Assembly (NCBI GenBank): GCA_964601615.1
Contig: CAZRNZ010000001.1
Coordinates: 251,968 to 310,289, forward strand
Length of the DNA stretch: 58,322 nt
Direction: 5' to 3'
Source of the DNA: an uncultured Candidatus Saccharibacteria bacterium
Lineage (GTDB): Bacteria; Patescibacteriota; Minisyncoccia; Phycocordibacterales; UBA918
A program made the position numbers and the translations under genes. Positions 18,976 to 27,173 of this stretch are shown piece by piece. Under the pieces are notes generated by a model that was not told the origin of the DNA, ran no database searches, and worked only from the letters and a program-made list of their open reading frames with translations. Numbering within the stretch: the stretch's first letter is position 1; each line of letters starts with the position of its first letter.

Positions 18976-20235
18976 TTAAACAAAATCTGCGTTAAACTTT
19001 TCTTTAATCCAATTTATTGAACGGGTAATATCATCATTTACAATCACCACGACTACGTCACCTGCTTTTGATATTTCCGCAGCTTTTTCAAGAGCCAAGT
19101 CTTCTCTGAGGATTTGTTCAACGTTTGGATTCTTTGTTTTAATAGCTTCAGAAAATATTTTAGAAATCTTACCTACTTCCTGAGTAAAACGCTTGAACTG
19201 AACCTCTTTAGGATGTCTAAAATGTCCATCAATTTTATCATAAACCACAAACTGATCGTAATGTTCTGCAATGGTCTTTCCAGTATCTTCTATTAGTTCG
19301 TTTGTACGATCATAAGCTAACCGAACAACTCCAGTAACCTTACCATTCTTACCTTTCATCTTATGAGCAAGTTTCCCTACATCAACTAAAGATTTTTTTT
19401 CGTGAGCATAGTCCGCGATAATCAACTGACCTCTCTCGCCCTTGAGTAAAGTCAATCTTCCACCATAAGGATCAAGGCGACTTGATCTCAAGATATCTCC
19501 AAGGTTTTCTGGTACATAACCAAGTAAGGAAATTACCCCAGATACTACTGCTAACAAATTGTAGACCGAAGGAATATACTGTCCATTAAATGTCCAGACA
19601 ATATCGTTCACTCTCACAATTTCAATTTCCTTTTTATTTTTGTTATCGAAATAAATTACAACATCATTTTTAATTGTGACAAAATCATTATCAATATTCA
19701 GTCCAAAAAGATTCAAACCAAAGAAAAAAGGTGTTACACCACGATCAACTGGTAAAAGCGGTAAAGCCTTCATCACTAACTCATCATCATAATTCAAGAT
19801 AGCTTTTCCATCAGACAAAATTCTTTCAAAAATAAAAGATTTTGCTTTAAAAATATCTTCTCTACTTTTTATACGTTCGGAGTTTCCAATATGATCTTCA
19901 AAAATATTCAAAAAAATACCAACCTGATGCAGTGCATAACCAAGTCCAGAAAGAGTACTAGATCCAAGAGAAGCCTCTAAAACAGCCACACTATCCTCTG
20001 TGTCTTTACCAATAAATTCATATAAATAACGTCCTGGTGCAACACTGGGTACCAATCCCCAGTTTTTAGTAGAATCTTCAAAACTACTTCTTCTTTCACC
20101 ATTAAGAAAATGTCCTGTTGTATTTACCAACAAAACATCTCCTTTGCATATATGCCCAAAAACATACGCTAATATGTTAACTACCGTTGTTTTGCCTTTA
20201 GTGCCTGTAACGGCAACTTTTCTTACTCGGCTCAT
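18976..20235 (-). CDS. Mur-ligase-family protein lacking the N-terminal domain, resembling the cyanophycin synthetase M domain
   Basis: The P-loop VAVTGTKGKTT sits at residue 8. TTGHFLNGE....VAVLEASLGS....IFLNIFEDHIG and DYAHE follow the CphA M-domain / Mur middle plus C-terminal domain order. Confidence 0.75.
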   Translation of the reverse strand: MSRVRKVAVTGTKGKTTVVNILAYVFGHICKGDVLLVNTTGHFLNGERRSSFEDSTKNWGLVPSVAPGRYLYEFIGKDTEDSVAVLEASLGSSTLSGLGYALHQVGIFLNIFEDHIGNSERIKSREDIFKAKSFIFERILSDGKAILNYDDELVMKALPLLPVDRGVTPFFFGLNLFGLNIDNDFVTIKNDVVIYFDNKNKKEIEIVRVNDIVWTFNGQYIPSVYNLLAVVSGVISLLGYVPENLGDILRSSRLDPYGGRLTLLKGERGQLIIADYAHEKKSLVDVGKLAHKMKGKNGKVTGVVRLAYDRTNELIEDTGKTIAEHYDQFVVYDKIDGHFRHPKEVQFKRFTQEVGKISKIFSEAIKTKNPNVEQILREDLALEKAAEISKAGDVVVVIVNDDITRSINWIKEKFNADFV

Positions 20236-20249
20236 ATGAACGAAATTAA

Positions 20250-20894
20250 TTATTCAGCAACTTCTGTTGAATTTTCTTCTACTGCAGACTTAATTTGTGC
20301 CAAAAAATCTTCAAAAGTAGTAAATGACATGGTCTCACCATTCAAAGTAAACGAAGGAGTGCCTGTATAACCCTTTGAACGAGCCTCATTAAAACTATCG
20401 TCAATAGATTTCCTTATAATAGAAGAATCTAGATGCTTCTTAAACAAGACCATATCTAATCCAATTTCTTCAGCAAATTTATTAAAGCTAGCTGCCGGGC
20501 TTGTGGAACGGCTCCAAGTTGCCTGATTTTCAAAAAGTTTGTCGTGCATCTCCCAAAACTTACCCTGCTGTCCAGCTGCTTCAGCAGCAATAGCAGCTGG
20601 TACTGCCTGAGGATGAATATTAATTAGAGGAAAATGCTTATATTCAAAACGAATAGATTCACCATACTGCTCAACAACCTCCTTTACGTAAGGATAAAAT
20701 TGCGCACAAGCAGGACACTGAAAATCACTATATTCAACCAATACAACACTAGCATCTGGATTACCTTTTACGTGAGTTTCAATTACAACACCTTCGTCAG
20801 CTTTTTTAGAAACCTGATTTGAGTAATATATTGAGCCGCCGATAGATAAAACGACTACCAAAGCTGCAATTTTCCAAAAGTGTTTTTTTAGCAT
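20250..20894 (-). CDS. Membrane-anchored DsbA-family thiol:disulfide oxidoreductase
   Basis: It has an N-terminal TM segment and a thioredoxin fold with the CPAC active site (YSDFQCPACAQF). Confidence 0.85.
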   Translation of the reverse strand: MLKKHFWKIAALVVVLSIGGSIYYSNQVSKKADEGVVIETHVKGNPDASVVLVEYSDFQCPACAQFYPYVKEVVEQYGESIRFEYKHFPLINIHPQAVPAAIAAEAAGQQGKFWEMHDKLFENQATWSRSTSPAASFNKFAEEIGLDMVLFKKHLDSSIIRKSIDDSFNEARSKGYTGTPSFTLNGETMSFTTFEDFLAQIKSAVEENSTEVAE

Positions 20895-20923
20895 ATGCGT
20901 GCTATTGTAGCATTATTCTAACC

Positions 20924-21661
20924 ATGGCAAAACGACCATTTATTCGAAAACAAAAGAAAAAGCAACACGGAGTCACTTTCTGGGACAAAGAGTATTCTGC
21001 TGGTGGCGGACACTTGGCACTTTCAGGTGATGAAAGTGAAGATTTGGCCAAATTCACCAGATGGCTACCAAGACAAAAATCTCAAACACCGATTGAAGGT
21101 AATGCAAATGTACTTGATCTTGGTTGCGGAAATGGTAGAAATTTAATTTTTCTATCGAGAGAATTTGATATGCATGGAATTGGTTACGATAGCTCTCCCG
21201 CAGCTATCTCTGAAGCTAAAAGAGCTTCGGGTGATCTTCCAATAAAATACGAGGCTCGTAGTATTGCTGGTGAAATAAAACTAGAAGATTCTTCTCAGGA
21301 TTTGATTTTGGATATGATGACTTCCCATTTCCTAAACGAGTCTGAAAGAAAGTTTTTGCGTGATGAAATTCATAGATTACTTCGCCCTGGTGGATGGTTA
21401 TTTATGAAAACTTTTCTTTTAGATGAAGACCTTCACAGTCGTAGACTTTTGAAAGATTTTCCAGGCAAAGAAGAAGGGACTTACATTCACCCAGTTATTG
21501 GTGTTCCTGAACACGTTTACGACGAAGAAGAACTAACAGATTTTTTGGGAGAAAAATTTATTGTTCATAAAGTTTACCGTTCTCACCGCCATCGCTCTCA
21601 AGGTAAGGCACGTAAACGTCGAACAATTTCTGTTTACGCACAAAAAGATCCGTTCAAATAA
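20924..21661 (+). CDS. Class I SAM-dependent methyltransferase with basic termini
   Basis: It has motif I (VLDLGCGNGRN) and post-I/II motifs. Both N- and C-terminal tails are Lys/Arg-rich. Confidence 0.8.
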   Translation: MAKRPFIRKQKKKQHGVTFWDKEYSAGGGHLALSGDESEDLAKFTRWLPRQKSQTPIEGNANVLDLGCGNGRNLIFLSREFDMHGIGYDSSPAAISEAKRASGDLPIKYEARSIAGEIKLEDSSQDLILDMMTSHFLNESERKFLRDEIHRLLRPGGWLFMKTFLLDEDLHSRRLLKDFPGKEEGTYIHPVIGVPEHVYDEEELTDFLGEKFIVHKVYRSHRHRSQGKARKRRTISVYAQKDPFK

Positions 21662-21680
21662 ACAGAGAGGTTCATTAAAC

Positions 21681-21712
21681 AAAACCGCCTTTTTACAGGC
21701 GGTTATTGTTTT
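21681..21712 (+). terminator. Intrinsic terminator after the methyltransferase gene
   Basis: The hairpin aaccgcc-tttttaca-ggcggtt is followed by attgtttta. Confidence 0.65.
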
Positions 21713-23369
21713 AAGTTTCCTGGAATTCTGGCAGTGTCCTCACCTTTATACTTGACTGATTACCTGGGCAATCAAGTGTGTAAATAACTTCACCACCTTC
21801 TACTCGATCTTGGAATGTCCCAGAGGAATTATTTATACTATAAATAGCTATTCCGCCCTTCCTAATAGTACAAGTACCAGGAGCGCTAGTACCTACATTA
21901 TATGTCAAAGTAATAATCCCATTAGGACGAACTAGATGACTAAATAATTCTTTATCAGAAGTTAAAGATGCCCCTGAACCTGTAATAACAGTAGCTAAAA
22001 CAGCACTTTGACTTGATCCACCAGGACCAGTACAAACTAAGCGGAACGACGTGTTTTCAGTAAGTGCTCCAGTATTCTGTGAACCACCGCTAGCAGCTTT
22101 ATTACCGCTCCAACCATCAAAAGCAGAGCAAGAAGTAGCATTTGAAGTGGACCAAGTTAGAGTAGCACTATCACCATAGACTACAGACAAAGGATTTATT
22201 GATAAAGATACTGTAGGTAAAGCATATGAAACACTAACAGTCACAGAATCACTTGAAGTACCACCAGGACCGCTACAACTGATAGAGTATGTTCTGCTTG
22301 AAGTAAGGGCACCAGTACTTTGTGATCCGCCTGTAGCAACCTTTGATCCCGACCAGCTATTTGATGCCGTGCAAGAAGTAGCGTTTGAGGTAGACCAATA
22401 GAGGGTACTACTATTTCCATAAGAAATAGAAGATGGACTAGCTGTTAATGAAACCGTCGGAGGAGGGGTAGTTACGCCCACTGTTACACTTCTACTAGTT
22501 GATCCACCTGGACCAGAACATGTTATAGAGTATGTCCTACCAGAAGTTAGGGATCCTGTGTAATGATTACCACTAGTAGACTTAGAACCAGACCAAGAAC
22601 CACTAGCAGAACAAGAAGTAGCGTTTGAGGTAGACCAATATAAATATGTGCCATTACCAGACACTACTGATGCTGGGCTAGCGTAGAAGGAGATGGTGGG
22701 AGCTTGAGCTGAAACATTTATTGTAACAGACCTACTAACTGTACCTCCTCCATTACCTGTACAGGTGATAGTAAAAGTAGTTGGAGATGTCAAACCACTA
22801 ACAGACTGAGATCCACCATCAACACTCTTACTACCAGACCAGCCACCAGATGCTGTACAAGATGATGCTGTCGACTTATTACCACTGTAACTATAATTAT
22901 GTCTAGATACAGACCAACTTAATGTTGTACCACCTCCAGAGGGGACAGTGGAAGGACTGGCAGAGAGCGTGATAACTGGAGTTGGATGTGAAGCATAAAC
23001 AACTGCAGACACACCTTTCCTTTCACCAGAACTACTAGTGCAATGAAGTTGCCAGACGAAACTAGATGAACCTGTTGACCAGTTGTATGGCAAATTAATT
23101 GCACCAGTACTTTCTGTTCCACTAGTAGTACTTCGTGGTCCTGACCAATTAGGTGCAGGCTCAGCAATACAAGAAACAGCGCCAGTAACAGTCCAGCGTA
23201 GAGTACTACTTTGTCCTGAAGTAATATATGAAGGACTAGCAGTTAGGTTAACATTTGGAGCCTGAGCATTTGTTTTTGCGGGAAAAAAAGTAAAGATACC
23301 TAAAAAAAATGCCAACAAGATTAATGAGACTATCTTCTTATCAAATTTAGATATACTTAAATTAAACAT
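21711..23369 (-). CDS. Secreted Ser/Thr/Gly-rich protein built from 5 tandem ~85-aa beta-sandwich-like repeats plus a variant C-terminal repeat
   Basis: It has a signal peptide ending TNAQA. The repeating unit is L.ASPS.....ST L.WST.NATSC.AS..WSGSK...G.Q.TG.LT....Y.I.C.GPGG, with two Cys per unit. Confidence 0.7.
   Translation of the reverse strand: MFNLSISKFDKKIVSLILLAFFLGIFTFFPAKTNAQAPNVNLTASPSYITSGQSSTLRWTVTGAVSCIAEPAPNWSGPRSTTSGTESTGAINLPYNWSTGSSSFVWQLHCTSSSGERKGVSAVVYASHPTPVITLSASPSTVPSGGGTTLSWSVSRHNYSYSGNKSTASSCTASGGWSGSKSVDGGSQSVSGLTSPTTFTITCTGNGGGTVSRSVTINVSAQAPTISFYASPASVVSGNGTYLYWSTSNATSCSASGSWSGSKSTSGNHYTGSLTSGRTYSITCSGPGGSTSRSVTVGVTTPPPTVSLTASPSSISYGNSSTLYWSTSNATSCTASNSWSGSKVATGGSQSTGALTSSRTYSISCSGPGGTSSDSVTVSVSYALPTVSLSINPLSVVYGDSATLTWSTSNATSCSAFDGWSGNKAASGGSQNTGALTENTSFRLVCTGPGGSSQSAVLATVITGSGASLTSDKELFSHLVRPNGIITLTYNVGTSAPGTCTIRKGGIAIYSINNSSGTFQDRVEGGEVIYTLDCPGNQSSIKVRTLPEFQET
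21990..23258 (-). repeat. Five in-frame tandem coding repeats of about 250 bp
   Basis: The protein repeat unit of about 85 aa recurs five times with conserved W.T/WSTSNATSC, WSGSK and C.GPGG positions. Confidence 0.75.
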
Positions 23370-23469
23370 AGTAAAGTGTTATAAAAGAAATTTTGTTTAA
23401 ACAATTATAACGACTATTAGACATATAATGAAACTAAAATTGAGGATAAATATTTACTAAGATTGAATT

Positions 23470-23784
23470 TCAAAATCTTATATCATCAAAATCTACCACC
23501 TTATCTTTTTCATCAATCTCTATCCCTTCCTTTTTATAAAGCTTCATGCGGCCCAGTCGATTTTCATCATCAAGCCAAACCTTTCCGCCGGCATAGACTA
23601 TGCGATGCCAAGGAATACCTTTAATCCCAGACCTTTCTGCTTTACTAAGAATTCCACTTACACTTCTAGAAGTCATTGGAGTTCCTCCGGCTGCACGAGC
23701 TAAATCACCATAAGTAGTTACCCTTCCTGCGGGAATAGTTAAAGATAGCTCAACGACTCTTTCGCTAAAAGTCTTTCCTTTCAT
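23470..23784 (-). CDS. Alkyltransferase-like (ATL) protein, i.e. an MGMT-fold DNA-binding domain without the acceptor Cys
   Basis: GRVTTYGDLA....SR.V and IPWHRIV are present in place of the MGMT active site IPCHRVV. The Cys-to-Trp change is the ATL signature. I chose the start at MKGKTF (23784), just after the stop of the upstream gene. Confidence 0.75.
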   Translation of the reverse strand: MKGKTFSERVVELSLTIPAGRVTTYGDLARAAGGTPMTSRSVSGILSKAERSGIKGIPWHRIVYAGGKVWLDDENRLGRMKLYKKEGIEIDEKDKVVDFDDIRF

Positions 23785-23785
23785 T

Positions 23786-24367
23786 TTAATACTCAACCAA
23801 AACTGGGAAAGAAATAGAAGCATCTAATTCTCTCTTATCAGAAGCATTATGTTTTCGAAGAATCAAAACTGCCTCACCACGATAAGCTGATGGTAAATCA
23901 ATTACTTCAGAAATAAACGGTACGAAATCTGTTGTCATCCATTCACCTTCTGTAGAAGCATATGTTTTTGCTAAAACATCACCGTTTGGTACAAGTACCT
24001 CTATTGAAAATGATCCCTCAAAAAACCAAGGTCCTCGAGCCTCACCTAGAATACGAAACTCTTTACCAACTACTGCTCCAGGATAAGGTAACTCGACCCT
24101 AATATCATCTTCTGAAGCATTTTCATAAACTATAGGAGGGAGTATTTGTGTAAAAATCTGACCATCAGAAGTTCTGCAACGAGCAGGAACAGATTCTTCG
24201 ACCTGATATCCAGCAGCTTCACATTCCTTAAAAGAATTAATTACAACTACATCTGTTGTATCTTTCTCTACAGAAGTTAGGGAGTTGCTTTTTAAATAAT
24301 TAAAAGTCCACCAACCTAAACCTGCTGCAATAATAATCAATATAACAATTGTAATGATTTTATTCAT
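23786..24367 (-). CDS. Gmad2 immunoglobulin-like domain protein, membrane-anchored
   Basis: It has an N-terminal TM segment. PYPGAVVGKEFRILGEARGPWFFEGSFSIEVL..NGDVLA......GEWMTTDFVPF matches the Gmad2 domain pattern. Confidence 0.65.
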   Translation of the reverse strand: MNKIITIVILIIIAAGLGWWTFNYLKSNSLTSVEKDTTDVVVINSFKECEAAGYQVEESVPARCRTSDGQIFTQILPPIVYENASEDDIRVELPYPGAVVGKEFRILGEARGPWFFEGSFSIEVLVPNGDVLAKTYASTEGEWMTTDFVPFISEVIDLPSAYRGEAVLILRKHNASDKRELDASISFPVLVEY

Positions 24368-24372
24368 AATAT

Positions 24373-24630
24373 TTATTTTAACTTTGTTGCCTTAGACTCT
24401 TTATCACTTTGTTTTGCCACAAAGAAGATATAAAAAATCTCTAATATTCCAACACTATTAATAACCAACAAGGCGGCGAACCACCAAAGTTCACCACGAC
24501 GAGCCGCCAACCATAGAGCCCAACCTTTCCAAGCAATACTCCAAACTAAGAGCGGCACAATAGTCGCCGCTGATAACAAACCAAAACCTATCCATAGTTC
24601 TGGTATTCCAAAAAAATCAATCTGATTCAT
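24373..24630 (-). CDS. Small two/three-TM membrane protein (DUF5652-like)
   Basis: WKGWALWLAARRGELWWFAALLVINSVGILEIFYIF is the pattern seen in DUF5652 proteins, which are common in CPR genomes. Confidence 0.6.
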   Translation of the reverse strand: MNQIDFFGIPELWIGFGLLSAATIVPLLVWSIAWKGWALWLAARRGELWWFAALLVINSVGILEIFYIFFVAKQSDKESKATKLK

Positions 24631-24742
24631 TACAAAATAAATTTTAAACTAAACGTAATTTTAATTATACAACATCAAATTTCGGCAATATTTAGTTATT
24701 CGTGCAAGCTACTTTGCATTACAAGGTACTTTATGATATTTT

Positions 24743-25081
24743 ATGGTAATGGACATAAATACCTTAGACCAAAAGAAATTACAAATGCGAAAAGGGTTGT
24801 TGGAATTTTGTATTCTTCTAATTATCAATGAGGGTAAAGTTTATTCTTCTGATATCTTACGCAAACTAAAAGAGGCTGATTTACTAGTTGTGGAAGGAAC
24901 ACTCTATCCCCTCCTTAGTCGACTGCGCGCACAAGGACTATTAGATTATCAGTGGGAAGAATCTAAATCTGGACCTCCAAGAAAATACTTTGAACTAACA
25001 AAATCTGGTCAAAATACACTGAATACACTACAGGAAACTTGGACAGACTTACAAAAATCAATCAGTAAATTAGAAAAATAA
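24743..25081 (+). CDS. PadR-family transcriptional regulator
   Basis: The winged helix LEFCILLII.EGKVYSSDILRKL.....VVEGTLYPLLSRLRAQGLL....ESKSGPPRKYFELT is present. Confidence 0.9.
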   Translation: MVMDINTLDQKKLQMRKGLLEFCILLIINEGKVYSSDILRKLKEADLLVVEGTLYPLLSRLRAQGLLDYQWEESKSGPPRKYFELTKSGQNTLNTLQETWTDLQKSISKLEK

Positions 25082-25082
25082 T

Positions 25083-26684
25083 ATGGAAAAAACAATTCAA
25101 TTTTATATAGCTGGTACAACCTTTAATTGTACTGAAATCGCCTATGAGAAACTTAGCTCGTATGTTGAAAAATTAAAGCAACATTTTGCTGACAAAAATT
25201 ATGACGATGAGGTGATAAGAGATATTGAATCACGCATTGCGGAAAAATTACTTGAGAAAAAGAGTGACCTGATTACTTTGAGTGAAGTTTCTGAAATAAT
25301 TAAAGAAATTGGTGAAGTTGGAGAACTTGGTAGTGATGAAACTGGAGAGGAATCTACTGAAAAAACTTATAGGCGCCTTTATAGAGATACTGACCACGCT
25401 TTGATTGGTGGTGTATCTTCTGGCATCGCATCTTACTTTGATATTGATCCTATCTTTGTTCGCCTAGCTTTTGTAGCGTCTATATTCTTTGGTGGAACAG
25501 GTATTTTGATTTACTTACTTTTGTGGCTAGTAATTCCTGAAGCAAAAACTGCTAGTCAAAAATTAGAGATGCGTGGTGAAAAAATTACCTTCGATGGTAT
25601 AGAGCAAGTCATTAAAAAAAGTCAGAATATTGACAAGAGTGGTCTTCGCAAAGTAGTTCTATCAGTACGAGATATAACCGCTAATCTTTTTCAAGTTTTT
25701 GGAAAATTTATTGGCGCGATAATTGCCTTTTTTGCTGCTTTAGGAATAATCGGTACAACAATATTATTTGGCGCACTTTTGTTCAATTGGAATCAGCCAT
25801 TTAATGACATTATTATTAAAGAATCTTCTTCTTTTCTCCTCATTTCTGTTGCTGCCATTTCAACATATGTAGCAATTATTGTCCCTGGAATACTCATTTT
25901 GGCACTTGGAATTAAATTATTAACTACAAAAAATTTCTTATCTCATAATCCAGGTTTTGGTTTACTAGGATTATGGGCGCTAACAATAATAATTTCAGGA
26001 ATCACAATTACTACAATTGCGGCTGATTACTACAAATTTTCAAAGACAAATCCTGATTTCACAGTAAGTTCAATGACTTATGAATTTGATTCTATCAATG
26101 AATTAAATATCACTGATGCTAGAGTAGTAATTGAGTCTGGGGACAAATATGAAGTTATAGTTTTAGGCACAAATTCAACCAGAAATCATGCTGTGATTGA
26201 AGAAACTAATGGTAAGTTAAATTTATCAATTGAAAAACCTGCCGAGAAACTATGCTTTTTTTGCCAAGAAGAAAGTCCTACAATTACCATAAAAGTTCCA
26301 AAGAATCCTAACTTTAATTTCAAAGATAGTCGTATGTATTTCACAAATTATAATGGCGAAATAGTAAATATCAATTCTAAAGAAAGTAATATTGATGGTG
26401 AGCTCAGGGTAAATGAATTGAATATTGTTAGTGAAGATTCTTTTTCTGATTTAAATGTAAAAGCAGGTATGGTAAATATTACTGACAATAATTCTAACTT
26501 TTATTTTAGAGGACAAACTCCAGTCTTAAACCTAATCTTAGATAACACACGACTCAATGCTACAAATTTAAAGGTTAAGGAAGCAAAAATTGATGTAATC
26601 GAATCGCATCTTCAAATTAACGTAGAGAGTTTGATAAAAAATAAGATTGATGACGATAGTGAGATTTCTAATTATTATAGGTAA
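25083..26684 (+). CDS. PspC-domain membrane protein with a C-terminal beta-rich (putative adhesin/DUF4097-like) region
   Basis: LYRDTDHALIGGVSSGIASYFDIDPIFVRLAFV is a PspC domain, followed by multiple TM segments. The gene starts 1 nt after the padR stop, a common PadR-PspC pairing. Confidence 0.8.
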   Translation: MEKTIQFYIAGTTFNCTEIAYEKLSSYVEKLKQHFADKNYDDEVIRDIESRIAEKLLEKKSDLITLSEVSEIIKEIGEVGELGSDETGEESTEKTYRRLYRDTDHALIGGVSSGIASYFDIDPIFVRLAFVASIFFGGTGILIYLLLWLVIPEAKTASQKLEMRGEKITFDGIEQVIKKSQNIDKSGLRKVVLSVRDITANLFQVFGKFIGAIIAFFAALGIIGTTILFGALLFNWNQPFNDIIIKESSSFLLISVAAISTYVAIIVPGILILALGIKLLTTKNFLSHNPGFGLLGLWALTIIISGITITTIAADYYKFSKTNPDFTVSSMTYEFDSINELNITDARVVIESGDKYEVIVLGTNSTRNHAVIEETNGKLNLSIEKPAEKLCFFCQEESPTITIKVPKNPNFNFKDSRMYFTNYNGEIVNINSKESNIDGELRVNELNIVSEDSFSDLNVKAGMVNITDNNSNFYFRGQTPVLNLILDNTRLNATNLKVKEAKIDVIESHLQINVESLIKNKIDDDSEISNYYR

Positions 26685-26688
26685 AAAT

Positions 26689-26726
26689 AAAAAGAGGCGC
26701 GGGCTTCGCCCGCGCCTCTTTTTATT
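26689..26726. terminator. Bidirectional intrinsic terminator between the pspC-domain gene (+) and the holin-like gene (-)
   Basis: The sequence is aaaaa-gaggcgcgggc-ttc-gcccgcgcctc-tttttattt. Confidence 0.88.
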
Positions 26727-26731
26727 TAACC

Positions 26732-27073
26732 TTAATCTTTTCCACCGAAACTCGCTACAATTCCACCAAATAGTGAAAGCACTAGTGCAAACAATAGTGC
26801 CCACCAGAAGTTAGCCACAGTGAATCCAGGCACAATGTATGCTGATAGCATAATCAGCAAGGCATCTATCACCATGATAAACAAGCCTAGAGTAAGGACG
26901 TTGATTGGCAGAGTAAGTAAAACCAAAAGGGGTTTTACAAAGGCATTGATTGCCCCGATTACTACAGCCAAAACCAAGGCTGTTACAAAACCGTCAACAC
27001 CGATACCAGGCAGAACATAAGCTGACACCATAATAACAACCGCTGATAAAACCCAATTTATTATTATCGACAT
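26732..27073 (-). CDS. Phage holin family IV-like (YvlD-type) four-TM membrane protein
   Basis: The protein is 113 aa with four TM segments and LPGI.VDGF.TALV.A.VIG.IN.FVKPLL.LLTLP. Confidence 0.7.
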   Translation of the reverse strand: MSIIINWVLSAVVIMVSAYVLPGIGVDGFVTALVLAVVIGAINAFVKPLLVLLTLPINVLTLGLFIMVIDALLIMLSAYIVPGFTVANFWWALLFALVLSLFGGIVASFGGKD

Positions 27074-27173
27074 AGAAATTATTTCGTCTTTATTCTTATA
27101 AATTCGCTTCTAAAATAAAGTAGATAACAATCTAATCACTTTAAAACCTAGTTTGTGTATAAAATACTAGAAA

